From Cenococcum geophilum (taxonomy: Eukaryota): a DNA stretch of 64,000 nt. This document shows, in pieces, positions 1-12,924 of this stretch. The position numbers and the translations under genes are program-made. The notes below the pieces were generated by a model. The model was given only the letters and a program-made list of their open reading frames with translations, was not told the origin of the DNA and ran no database searches. Within the stretch, counting starts at the first letter, position 1, and each line of letters begins with the position of its first letter. Location of the stretch: contig CP158635.1 of assembly GCA_050273025.1 (NCBI GenBank), positions 16,616,001 to 16,680,000 of the forward strand, read 5' to 3'.

Positions 1-65
1 TCCAGCTCTACCGCTCTACGTTAGATCTAAGGGGGTATATTGGCCACGGAGGTAGCTTTCAACCG

Positions 66-294
66 TATTACAATTGTCTTTAATGCCTAGTACCCTATAT
101 AAAGACTACCCTAGTGCTTACCCTCGTATTTCGTATATCTTAGTACGTATCTCTATTACCTATACCTCCCTCCTTTCCTATTCTAGCATCTTCCTCGTGT
201 ATATATAGACCCTTAAGAGCCACCTTAAATAGAACAGATCACTTGTACAATTCTATATCTCTACCTACCAGCCAGCTTAAGTTATTTCGTAATA
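66..294 (+). mobile_element. LTR-like sequence, possibly a solo LTR (RIP-mutated)
   Basis: The ends TATTACAA...TCGTAATA are a RIP version of TGTTACGA...TCGTAACA. There is an internal TATATATAG box. No TSD is visible. Confidence 0.45.
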
Positions 295-1059
295 CCTACC
301 TGGCTAAAATCTATCGCAGTTATATAAGGGGATATTGATTTTAACCGTATGATTGGGAGACGCAGGGCTATAAGGTCACTCTAGGGCTAGTTCTTAATGG
401 TTTTGCTAGTACCTAGCACTTAAATCTACTAAGGATTTGCCCTAAAGTGACCAGATATCCCTGACCGCAAGCCTATAGCTACAAAACTATCTAACTATAG
501 TAGTCGCACTAAGGCGGGTTTTTAGCGGTTTTGCTAGTTCCTAGCACCTGCTAAAGAATTGCCTTAAAGCGCTATCTATATATAATGCATACTAAGTGTA
601 AGGGATAGCGGGTAGGAAAAGCGAATTAGCTACGTAGTGACTGCGTTTAATATTCGCGAATATTGCAGGAGGTCTTAGTATTGTGCGTTACTAAGATGGA
701 CACTGCTAAGCAATATATAGACGCTAGTATATATTCTTTTCTAAGTTTTTATATATAGTTGCACGGGACAATATTTAAATTATCTTGTAAAGCCTGCTAT
801 ACCTTATATGGATTAATACTAATTATTATATATATCTACATACTTAGAGACTCCTAAGTTAAACTAGATAGTTAATATTATACTAAAGTAAGACAGTAGT
901 AAAACAAGTCCGATTTAGGTCGACAATATATAAATCGCCTTAAGCAGCTCTAGAATTAAACTTTGATTGATTTAAGGCATTCTACCTAGGAGCGTATAGA
1001 ATTTTTTTTGGAAGAACGCGGAATTTATAGTAAATCATGAAAAGATATACGCTAGGTAG

Positions 1060-2070
1060 TTGTACGAGCTGGATAATTATGCGAACTAGGTAACCGTGTA
1101 AGCTAGGTGGATAAGCGTAGCGCCCTCTAAACGTGTAGCCAGGATTTTAACGGATTTAGTGGCTGCGGCTTCGGTCCTACAAGCTGGGCGCTTATAGGAG
1201 CTAGGGGATCCTACGAGCTAGGTGATTGTACGAGTAGGGTGTTTAACCTAGCGCCTTCTAATTAACGCCTAGCGTGCAAATAGAATATTAATGGGTTTAG
1301 CAACTCCGGCTTCGATCCTGCGAGCTAGGCGATCCTACGAGCTGGGTAATCGTGCGAGCTAGGTAATCGTGCGAGCTAGGTAATCGTGCGAGCTGGATGC
1401 TCGTGGGAGCTAGGTAATCCTATAAGCTAGGTAATCTTGCGAGCTAGGTGATCCCGCGAGCTAGGTAATCCCGCGAGCTAGGTAATCCCGCGAGCTAGGT
1501 AATCCCGCGAGCTAGGTAATCCCGCAAGCTAGGTGATCCCGCGAGCTAGGTGATCCCGCGAGCTAGGTAATCCTACGAGCTAGGTGATCCCACAAGCTAG
1601 GTGATTCTATAAGCTAGGTAATTCCACGAGCTAGGTAATCCCGCGAGCTAGGTAATCTTGCGAGCTAGGTGATTCTACGAGCTAGGTGATCTTGCGAGCT
1701 AGGTGATTGTGCGAGCTAGGTAATTATGCGAACTAGGTGCTCGTGGGAGCCAGCCGATCCTATAAGCTAGGCGATTGTGTAAGCTGGGTGCCCGTAGGAG
1801 CTGGCCGATCCTACGAACTAGGTGGTCGTGCGAGCTAAGTGCTCGTGGGAGCTAGGCGCTTATAGGAGATTGTAAAAGCTAAGTAATCGTGATTTAGTGC
1901 CCTTTATTAACGCTTAGCTGCAAGCTAGTTAATCCTATAAGCTAGGTAATCGCGCGAGCTAGGCGATTATACGAGCTAGGTAATAATAGGGTCTAAGTGT
2001 AAGCCTGTCTTGCTGCCTTTATAAAGTTAAAAATAACCACTAGTAAATCGTGCGAGCTAGGTAATCCTAT
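1060..2070 (+). repeat. 17-bp tandem array (unit ~GAGCTAGGTAATCCCGC)
   Basis: About 32 contiguous copies at ~1321-1865, plus scattered copies at 1060-1240 and 1920-2070. Confidence 0.92.
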
Positions 2071-2139
2071 AAACTAGCTAGGAGGTGTAAAGAGATTTAA
2101 TACTAGCTAATTCCTCTATAACCTATAATTATAGTAAAT

Positions 2140-4809
2140 ATATTATAGGATAAAGCTATTTCTAGAGACCTACAGAAACACTTTCTCGGCACGGTAAAGA
2201 TTGCTCTACAGTATCTAAAATTTTACGGGCCTAAGGAAGAGCATCTTAATCTAGACCATATCTCTTATTTAGAAAAAGTTTTTAAATAGGATTGCGCTTG
2301 ACTTAATCTAGGGAATTACGTCCCTACGATTATTAACCCTACGGAATTTGATATGTTGGTCCAGAAATCTGGTACTAGAAAACACCTACTAAAACTACTT
2401 TACTAAGAACCACCGAGGCTCCCTATACAGAATAACACGTTTTTACTTTGCTTGTATAGCAGGCATCGCATTGCGGCAGCTTAGAATATGCTCTTCTTAG
2501 AGGATAGATAGTAGTGTGCTGACCTATATTTATTAGGTTTGTTTACAGCTTTATCTATGGTTAATTAATCTGATAGGGATAGGTATATCTAAGCGAACGG
2601 GGATATATATTTAAGAAAGGTACTTATACGCTCGAAAAGCTACCGACGGTAAAGTATACCAACTAGTCCGCTTCTATCAATCTTATAGGGATACGTTAGG
2701 CGAACAGAGATGGCTCCTTTGACTAAGTAACAACAAATAGGGTAAAGTTATAAACCGGATCTAACAACCTAAACATAAATGGTTAGGCCATGTAATAGAT
2801 ACGCTTTTGCCGTATATAGGGTTATGGGGGGACCTTAAACTTAGATATTTTTCTATAATATAGAGTTGGAAGTGCCTAGAGGTTTACTTCCTATAATTAA
2901 GATTTTTTAGTACATTACTTATAAATAATAGGAAATCTATTACTATATTAGGCATATACAGCGAGTTTGGAAATTTATTACCGATGATGACGAGTTAATA
3001 CTGCCTTTTCTTGGCGAGAGTATGGTCCGGAACCTATAATCCCTTATACTGTTAGTATGTTCTAATGATAAAAATCTGGTAATAATATTAGTAAACACCA
3101 GTTAGGTTTTTCCTAATATGCCAAATTTGCTACGCCCAAAGGTCTTAACTTAGTTACTTAAGGTACCGGGCATAATCTTAATATTTAAAACATTCTTTAA
3201 AGATTTAAAGTATCTTAAACCTGTAATAATAATCTTAAGGGGAATACTACCGCTGAACTATAAAGATTCTGTAAGAGAGATAATTACGCGTTGCTATATA
3301 GGCTTATCAGAGTACGACGGTTATTATTTAGTTTAATTTAGTCTAAATAGAGAGCGTTGTGTGCCAAACACCCCGGAATTACTTATCCGCTATCATTAAC
3401 TCTGCTTATACTCACTACGACATTTTCCTAGCATAACCAATATATCTCCATTAGTAGATAGAAGAAGTAAAAAGGATAACATCGAAAGCGGTAAAAAGAG
3501 CAATAACTCCGCTAGAAAGAGGGCTTAGTATAAGTTCGCGAGGCTAGCTAGTAATCTTAGGTTTAAGTTAAAGCCTATTAAGGAACTTCTAAGGGAAGAC
3601 CCTAACAAAGTAGAAATCTAGGTTTTCCTTTATAATCGGCGACCTAAAGAATTATACGAAATCAGTGACGAGGATTTTAAATCAGAGGTAGACCGCCAAC
3701 TGGAAGTGCTTTATGCCAAATTTAAGCGGCAAATACTCCTAGGCCCCACTCTCACTCTAAGCGTTGATTTTAGTAGTAAGCCTATTAATTGTAGATGCGG
3801 TAAACCGCTATAGGCTTCTCATGTCTCTAATAAGAACCTTTTATTCCTACCTATATTATATAGTGTGAATGATATAGTTAGTCCGAAAGCTATGCTTACA
3901 TCGTTCGTAGTTAAACGATTTATTTTCTTCTGCTTTTTTGGGCGGCAAGATATAAACGATTTCGACCTTTGGATAAAAGAGATGCAAGCACCTGCGTTAG
4001 AAGTGCCTAAAAGTGCTCATTTGGCTGGCTACGAGCAGCAGTAGAGCTACGAGCAGCAGTAGAGCCACGAGCAGCAGTAGAGCCACGAGCAGCAGCAGAG
4101 CCACGAGCAGCAGCAGAGCCACGAGCAGCAGCAAAGCCACGAGCAGTAGTAGAGCCACAAGTAGTAGCAGAGCTATAAGCAGCAGCAGAGCTACGAGCAG
4201 CAGCAAGGGAGCAATGAGCAAAGTTAAATAGGTCACCTTATGGTCTGGCGGCCTCCTAAAACTACTATAACAACTGCTTAAAGCGCCCTTTTTACTATCA
4301 AATCTCTATCTAATAAATATAAGATCACAAATCAGGTTGCTTTCTTTTAAATTATAACCTTAAAATATAGCAGGGTAGGGAACAATAGCTCTGCTATAAA
4401 AAATATAGCTTCCGAAATTGCAGACGGATATTTTAACAATAACTTTATTGGAGCGCCTTAGAAATTCAAATACGTTATTACGGACTTTCTACAGTTAATA
4501 GATATTATAGATATCTATAATAGAGCTAATTTAACAAACACGAATTTTCTGCGGGTTATTTTTATTCTAGACAGAGGATCTAAGTTACTAGATATACGGT
4601 TTCTTGGGAAGCCTTTTTCTCAATATATGGATCTATTTTATAGTGGTAAGGCTATAAAACGAAAAGTACTAAAGGACCAGCTATTAACTCCTAACAATTT
4701 TATAAGAAGCGTAAGACTTATCCAGTAAGAAATCCAACCTACGCTACCCCCTAAAACGCAGACTAGGCCCGAACTTCGCCCGTCTAACGAAGATTTGGAT
4801 GAAATTTAG
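2140..4809 (+). pseudogene. DUF3723 family protein (Starship auxiliary gene), RIP-inactivated
   Basis: Motifs FLGTVKI, CLYSRHRIAAA (=CLHGRHR), DR**CADLY (=DRWW.VDLY), ATDGKVYQLVRFY, EQRW and RCGKP. Short introns and many RIP stops are present. Confidence 0.8.
4027..4206 (+). repeat. 18-bp coding tandem repeat (~10 copies; HEQQQS in the DUF3723 frame)
   Basis: AGAGCCACGAGCAGCAGC units. They generate the spurious RATSSS and LLLVA ORFs in the track. Confidence 0.9.
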
Positions 4810-5449
4810 TGAGTGCGAATTCCTTGAATTGGGACATGGCGAAGGGAAAGCCGACTTTTATATCCATAGAGAAATATTACATTGCTAGAAATTTAAGTCG
4901 AGGATTTTAGTATAAGCGCTTAATTTTATCTAATTATTAACCTAAAGGGATTAAAGAATATATAATGTCGGCTTAAGTATCGTATTAGGATAGAGGCGTA
5001 AGCATAATAGGTTTACTAACATTACTATCTTCTTAGAAGTTTACTATAACTCTACATTTATATTATCTTTGCTACTAGTTTATATTTGCTAATCTCCCAA
5101 TTAGTAAACCTTATGGCGTCGCTCTATTAAACTTTTAACAACTACTGCGGCTATTTAGCAGAAGGGGTCTACAGCTCTACTCCCTGCCCAGCTGGATATA
5201 AAGATTGGGATCTATAATTAGCCAATTGACCAAAATTACACGATTTTAATTCTTCTTCCTTAATCGTCTTAAGAACGCACACCTCTTTATACGAGTTTAT
5301 GGCGGATAAGGCCTTATAAAGTATTTTATGCAATATATAGAGAATTTAAGCTCAGCAAGCATTATATTAGAATTTTAATCCTCTTTATTATAGTCTGGGG
5401 ATATAGCTGGGTAGGTTGGTAGTAGAAAGGTAGTGGCCGGCTAATTAAT

Positions 5450-8400
5450 TATGCTATTAGAAAAGAGTGACTAAAGACGCACGCAGCAATATAAAATAGA
5501 AAAATTCCATTCAGCCTAAAGATTAGCTTTTGTCCTAGAACCCGTTTCTGCTAATATAATTACCTATTCGTATAATAAGTGGTTGAAACTCCATAAGGAT
5601 CGTAATAAGTAGTTGATAACCTATAAGGGACGACTCTAAAAACTTATAGCCGATATAATGTACGCAGACACTCAGTATCCATCTTTACTCCTTTTTATCA
5701 GAAAGAAGAATAAAAAATAAGCACTAAGAGCTCTCTTTCCCACGATTAACTATAAACGGCGCAGTATTTAAGGTATAATTAGGCTAAATATCGACCCAAC
5801 TACCGCAGGCGCTGAAAATCCAATACTCTTCGCCGAGGCTAATCTAGAAAACCTTCCTATTAAACTTAGTGAAACAGCAGACTGCTGTTATAAGACTAAG
5901 CAGTACAGGCTTAACTAGGTTAGCGACTAATATCCTAAGCCTAAGACTGGAGATATGGTTAATAAAATCTACTTACTATTGCTTCTCCCCTTTACTAACG
6001 TCCTTTGCCTTTTCGCAGAGGATTTCTTAAGTTTAGAAGAGGTTTTAAATCTTCTTTATAGATGGGCAGAACGAGGCCAGGAATTGGTAATAAGTTGACT
6101 ATATATTATTATCATCGTTATACAAACAGTTAACTCTACGGACTTTATTAAGAGCCTACCAGACATATTAAAATCCTTCTCTAGCGTAACAATTATAGCC
6201 TTACTAGATGCTGTGGAAGTATCACTAACCACGCGCTACTTTCTACTTAAAGATGCTCTACTATAAGAGGCTAACTATACTTAATAAGCAAAAATTACTA
6301 AGCAGGCACTATTCTCCACAACTTACCTTTGAGCATTTTTCCATAAAGCGTTAATTTATTTCACTATAACTATAAATCTACCTTTTAGTTTCTTCCGTGC
6401 GTCTAGGGAAGGGAATAACATTGATAATCAGTTTTCCGCCCACCTAGGCTTATTCCTATAACTCTATTACCAGTATAAAGTCTCCCTTAATAACGCTACT
6501 ACGTATATTGCCTTAGCTATTCTTATAGATAGTTCTCCCCCTAGAATATATCGTAAGATTTTAAGACCCTTAATTCCTGCTAGTTACTAAATATATAAGG
6601 TTTTCATCCTAGAGCCCTTTTCCAAACTCTCTATTATGATTACTACTAAGCAGCATATCTTGAATAGTATTATCTTTAGCACCTATTAGCTTATAACTAG
6701 TGTCGCTTAATAGAGGATAATTTCGTAACTATGCTATCTAATTTAGATATAGATAACATCCCTTCTTCCTAGCTATACTGGCAGAATCTATAGGAACTTA
6801 AACAGAGCATTCCCTAACTAAAGTTAAATAGAACTTACCTATTCTGCCTTCGCAGAAAACTAGAACATACACTTATTTATAGACATTTAATGTATAATAT
6901 TTGCGTCCGTAGATACGGCACGCTGATATAAGGCATTAAATATCACTTTAAAGTCTCTAAGTGCATATTATGCCAATCTAAAGGGCCGCTAGGAGTAAAG
7001 CTCCTTCTATTAACTACTAGTACTCGTTTACTAGCGATTGACGGAGGCGGCGTCTGAGGAAAGCTATTACTACTAATACTGAGAAATCTAGAGCAAGTTT
7101 AGGACCTCCTATATCCCCTTTAGGATAATTTCGACTTCGCTCTAGGTACTAGTTTAGGTAGGGTTTAATTATATAATAATATAGAATAAACTAACTTCTA
7201 TAGGAGGTCTTACTGTTCTCTAGCTTTTCTAAATACGACAGAGCATCCAAAATTGCATTTTTATGTTTAAGACGCTAGCTAAACGAGTTTTCGCTATGCA
7301 GCGTCTTACTAGGCTTTTACTATACTTTTGTATGATTTCGTTTTTAGGTTTTTAGCTTACTAAAAGCCGTTCTAAGGTTGCTAAACTTAAGTTCTGTCTC
7401 AAAGATGCATTCGGAATAAATGACCGGCTATTCAATATAGTGAAGTTTGGGACGTCCGGTATAAAAGTTACTATAATAGCCACAACAATATCTAAGGGCG
7501 CGCTATGCATATTATTAAATTATAATGGCGTATTAGAACGTTGAAAAGATTGCGGTAAATTTAACCTAAGCTATTTAAACTCTGTCCTAATATATAGCTA
7601 GGTTATAAGCACGTTAGATTAACTAATCCTTATAATAAAGTATTAATATAGTAAGCGTGAGTTTCAATTATCTCATTTATATATATAGACTAACAATTTA
7701 TAGTGCATAAGCTACGTCTGCTACACCCATATACATTTAATATACTCTTACTTACTCTATTAAAGTTCTAACAGATTTATCTAGTATCTTTTTAGCCAAG
7801 TTTATCCCTATTGTCAGTTTTATTTAAGATAGGGGTGTTAGAAAGCATAATAACCCTATAGATCTAATCTATTAAAAGAGTTATATTGCCTTTAACGCGG
7901 ACCCTAATCTAACCGTATCTATTAGTTTAGGGTTTACTCAACAGCCTAGTTCCCCTAAAGCCCCGTCTATACAACATAGTTTTTAGAATAGTCCTATACC
8001 TCAGCTCCTAAGGTCGTTTGGGACTATACTAGTAGCTTAGAATAACCACGTTAAGCATTTAAATCGACTTAAGTCACTACTAGTAAATAAGGAAGCTCTA
8101 GGAAGCTACTTCCGGATTAATATACCCTTTAAATACCAGCCTACACTAAACAAGATAGGTAAGATAGCAGATCTTCGAAGGGAAACGCATCTATATCTTT
8201 AGTCACAACAACATATCCTTCTAGCCATTAAATAAGCACTACGGTCGGCCTCTTTCTTCTTTAAATTAAGCGAGATGCTAAGCTTTTAAGGGCGTTAGTA
8301 CGAATGTTGTGGATCTATACGTTGTTGGAGTCTAAATGCCCAAGCGCTAGTCTGCGATTTGGTATAAAAATTCCCGTCTACCCAGTTCTTAACTAATTAA

Positions 8401-8750
8401 AACACTAACTTAGGTAATCTAAATAAGGGTGATCTATATATAGATTGTAGAATCTACAATAAGGCCGTTAGATTCCCCGTCTATCACCTTAGTCAGAAAG
8501 TAACTATATACTTGCGGTTAAATTAGTTATACCGCCGGAAGATTAGTGGCTTTCCCAATTCAATTACTTGGTTTATTGAGCGATAAAGACTTAATGCCGA
8601 CTTTAGCGAACCCGGCCATTCTAACCCTAAGGAAGTCTTTCGTCGTAAGTGCGACTACTCCATCCTAAGTATTCCGACGCGAAAGAGGCCATTAGTACAC
8701 TTCGATAGAGACTTTCGCAAAAAATATCGTCAGAGTATCTTTACTTAGTT
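5450..8750 (+). pseudogene. Patatin-like phospholipase with long N-terminal extension (Starship-type PLP), RIP-inactivated
   Basis: N-terminal motifs QYPSLLLFI..K.ALRALFP and PILFAE. Oxyanion motif LLAIDGGGV*G (~7030-7060), FDFALGTSLG (GxSxG-like, ~7130-7160) and DRG (=DGG) followed by HNNP (~7830-7860). Confidence 0.85.
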
Positions 8751-8888
8751 AATATTATTTGCCTTTATAAGATAAGGCTAAAATATTATATTTTTATCAA
8801 AAGGCGAGGTTATACGTAGATATTAAATTTACTATTTTTAAATTCTCTATAGAGCTTTAACAGTAACTTATCTTTTGCCCATTACCTA

Positions 8889-9030
8889 ATTTATCCCTAG
8901 TATTATCCCCGGTATCATGCCCTGTATCATTCCCTATATTATACCCTGTATTATTCCCTATATTATACCCTGCATTATTCCCTGCATTATACCCTACATT
9001 ATCCCTTATATTATCCCCTGCATTATCCTA
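8889..9030 (+). repeat. 12-bp tandem repeat (~ATTATCCCCTGC, ~12 copies)
   Basis: Directly visible; it produces the spurious IIPC/IIPY ORF. Confidence 0.85.
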
Positions 9031-9449
9031 GTAGCACCACCCACCTACTTTACCTATCTACTTTACCCACTAACTTTACCTATCTACGCCTTACTAAGAG
9101 CAGTAGGTTGGATTATCTATGGGCAGTTCTTAGGTTATAAATAACTTACCGGAATTATAAGATTTATTTTAATGCTTATAGATATAAGTATTGCAACTTA
9201 TAACCGTAGTAGTATTTAATTTTTAGGTACTTACAACTCTACCTCAATCTCCCAAGTAATCCTCACGTTGTAATGAAGAACTTTGCCATATTCTTATGTC
9301 TAAATTATAAACGCGGCTGCCGAGGCCGTAGTAATTCTCTTAATATCCCTTGTAATAACTATATCATCCTTTATATATAACAAAAAGGCCTAACACAAAC
9401 CACTTTACCGGTTACGGTTTTAATGACCTTAGTGACTTTAACGGCTTTA

Positions 9450-10500
9450 GCAAATCCAACTACTTTAACCTCTTCAGCAGCATCTAATACTTCGCGCACA
9501 ACTTATTCAGCAATGAATTCGGCCTTTACTGCACTAGCTTCAGACATTTGGGAGTAAGTAACTTAATAACCCTATTAATACTGTGTTAATATAGGACAAC
9601 TAACGAATATTTAAGTCTTAATGTTAACGGAGAAGAAGGGAGTAAGACAAATTTGTAGGGCATTTAAATAAATGGCCTTTAAGATTCAATTGGGGCTATC
9701 TTTGGAATATATAGTAGTAGTTAAATGACGCTAGTAGTATTTCTCGCCTTGACATTATAAACTAACTAGAATTTAGCTGCACTATATTTAAAATAGTTCT
9801 AAGCTTACTACTATCTTATATTCTACGTCCTATAAATCAACGCGAAAACAGAGCTGGAAATTCAATGCCTAAGAGAATAGTGTTGAAATTTTAATGAATT
9901 AAAGATACCTTTTACGGTTATCTCCTGTGGCTAGTTAGGATTCACTGTAATTTTCTAATTCATACCTGCTCTTGGCTTCTTAAGCGCACAAATATAAACA
10001 TATTTAGATATCCTTGTCATACCGCTAGAGCTTAGCTAGAGATATAGCACTCTCTTATTTTTATTCTCTAGTACCCTCTCTAGTACCCTTTATTATCTAT
10101 CTTACTAAGACAAATATATTTTTTAGATGAACGCCTGACTTCTTAGGGTTAATATTATTAGGTTCCCCTCTTCCTCTTCCGGCGGACTACGCAATTCCCA
10201 TTATAGCGCCAAGATTCCGCATAGTGAGGTGTGATTCCCTGTTATTTATTTTCTTACAGTAGCTGTTTCCTGGATCGCTAATATCTTCCTCGGCCGGATT
10301 ATCATAGTCTGCTAATAATTCTTAAGGTATATTCGCAGACGAGATAAGCCTATAAATTGGGGCCTTTTCTAAGCCGTATTTAATTAGGTATTGTTTAGTT
10401 AAACTATATTTAGTTAAACTAAATAGTCGCCAGCCTTTAATAGCTATATCCGTTTCATCCTCTTCTAGCAATTAGTTTTGTATTTCTTTAGTAGAGGCCA
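9450..10500 (-). pseudogene. Hypothetical protein remnant (Starship cargo)
   Basis: From an ATG at ~10500 the frame reads MASTKEIQN*LLEEDETD...QYLIKYGLEKAPIYRL...GAIMGIA*S, broken only by RIP-type stops. The family is not recognised and the 3' end is uncertain. Confidence 0.4.
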
Positions 10501-10956
10501 TACTAAGTCTAACTAATAGTAAGATATGGATAAATTCGCGCGTATAGTTCGGGCTTTATATAAGTAGAGACCGCCTTTTTTTTAGCACCTATTACTTTTA
10601 AAACTTGATGGCTGTAAGAAAATGCCTGCCTCCTTGCTCTAACCTTAAATGGAAACTCGTCACCTTTTTCTAATTATAAAAGTCGTATCCTTTAGCCAAA
10701 TACGAGTGAACGGTTCTAGAAACGTTAACTAAGAAAGAGCGACAATGATAGAAACAGAGCAGTGGTATTAAGGTGCGAGTCATTTTTCTAGATAAATACA
10801 ATTTCATTCAAAACTATAAAAGATTACTACTATAAATAGATATATTCTAAGCCCGTATAATAACTATAATTTATAACCCTCTAGCAGTCTAAGCGAGATA
10901 GGTCACCCCTAGCATTACTTAAATACTAGGACTTGCAAATAATCAAAATAGGAGAC

Positions 10957-11607
10957 TTATTCGTCATTGTAATTGCTATACCCTTTATTACTTTCTACCC
11001 TCTTAATTACCTCATTAGCTAGCTCCTCTAGCGTCTCTACTTACTTCACCCTATATTTCTAACAAGTAAACTATATATTGGCCCACCTAAAATATCCCTT
11101 TAGATAACAAACCACTAACTTCTTATCCTTCGCGTACTCGCCAAGCTTTAGTAAGGATATCGGCGATATAGTATTCGGATTGAAGAATATGGTAATTACC
11201 GTGGCGCGCTTTAAGCCGTTGGACTCCTATTCGATTTGCCTCTATACTTCTTTATTAAGTTTATCTTGCGGTAGAGAACTATCCTAGTTATTACGCCGTA
11301 GGTTTAGAACTGTGATTTTACACGGCTTAAGGAGCTCTATAATATCCTTTTACTATTTTATCGCTTTACTACTTTCGATGCTACTAGTAAGGAAGACAGA
11401 TTTTCTAGTAATAGCACGTATGGACGGTATGGTTAGTGGCTAATAGATAATAAAGTTGGGGTGCTTATTTATAACGATAGGTTTAGCGGATTTTTTAGTA
11501 GGAGTCGTGATGCTTAGGGCGGTAGGCGTAGAGTCGGCGGGAATTCCGATAGGACTTAAAACGATCAAAATCGCAGCCAGTTCGGCGGGGATTTTAATAG
11601 GAGTCAT
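10957..11607 (-). pseudogene. Nucleoside 2-deoxyribosyltransferase-like (Nuc_deoxyri_tr2-type) protein, RIP-inactivated
   Basis: KSVFLTSSIE (=SVFLAGSIE), TVLNLRRNN*DSS (=LNPRRDDWDSS), QIE*E, FFNPNTISPISLLKLG (=SPISLLELG), KLVVCYLKGYFRWAN (=VCCP.GFWR.GN). Confidence 0.8.
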
Positions 11608-12764
11608 GGCGATTGAGGGCGTAGTGATAAACTAAAAGTTTGGGGATGACTTAGATATAAGGCAAGTTTGCGAAAGATAACTTAGATAAGAGTCTTGCCT
11701 ATTGGTTCTGTATAAAATAAAATAGTTTATAATAGTTTCTTCTACAAGAGCGTAGTGTACTTGCTTTATAGGCCTCTTCTTAGTAAGGAGATATGGAAAT
11801 CTGCCTTGGAATGGAAGGCTTAGATGCTAAAGTCGGCCTAGAAAGGAGAGAGTCTTAGAACGCGAGGCACTCCAGGCCCTATATATCTCTCCTACGCACT
11901 TAAAAAAGTGGCGTAAATCTAACTACTACTATAGCCCTATAACCATAGACCTTATACCGACCCACTCGGTCCGTTATCCCCTTAATCCACCTAATCTATA
12001 CCTAGTTACCCACCTAATCTACCTAATCCACCTAATCTACCTAATCCACCTATCCCTACTAATATCTTATGTGACGGCTAAGATATTCTATTAAACCCTA
12101 GATATAAAAGTTACCTTATATACTTCTATTAGCTGCTAATGTTTTTTAAACTTTATCTACGCAAATCCGATTGCCACCTACTACTATATATAGAGCTGCT
12201 AAACTGCGCTAAATTCTCAAAAAACTAAAGTAAGGCATATTCCTTAGCTTATGGCTAAATTAACTAATAGACATAGCCATAAACTCCTTATTAGAGTGGC
12301 CATGTTAACGACCCGTAAAAATAACCATTATAGCGCATTGCTACCCGCCCTTACTATTATTAAAATTATTCTTATAATTTTAAACAGCCTTGTAATTGTA
12401 ATGTAGTTAAACAGTATCTAGTAAAGGCGTAAGCCTAGGGAAAAGCGGGTAAATACTAAGTAAGGTATAGCAGACCCAAAATAACTCCTTTTTATACCGC
12501 ATTTCACTTAAGAAAAGGCTTATTTATATTTTAATTTTTAGGCTCCTCTTAATATATAAGTAATGGGGTATTTATTATATATAGAACTTCTATAGCAAAT
12601 GGATTTTTTATAGTAGATCCTATATAGATGCCTATATGATGTTTTGCTCCAGTTTAAGACCGGTATTTTTAGATAGATAGTAAAAATATCATTTTAGGAT
12701 ATAAAGCATTACATCTATTTATATATTAAATGGTGATATAACCTCTCCTTCCCTTATTCCCCTC

Positions 12765-12924
12765 TAGTGATCTTTTTTGACCGGAGTGGAGTAGATTTAA
12801 GCTCGAATTTACTCCACTTATAGTTTAACTTATTCCTAAATAGGATTAACACTTACCTATTAAGGCCAGTAGTCCACTCCACTCTACTCCACTTCAACTT
12901 TAACCTAGTTTAAAAAGATCACTA
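12765..12924. mobile_element. 160-bp MITE-like element
   Basis: Terminal inverted repeats TAGTGATCTTTTT...AAAAAGATCACTA and inverted subterminal GGAGT/ACTCC repeats. No TSD found. Confidence 0.6.

Noticed and set aside
1321..1865. CRISPR-like array
   Set aside because: The units are contiguous with no unique spacers, there are no cas genes, and the context is eukaryotic.
3997..4236. Leu-rich (LLLVA) and RATSSS ORFs as small membrane or secreted proteins
   Set aside because: They are off-frame readings of the 18-bp repeat inside the DUF3723 pseudogene.
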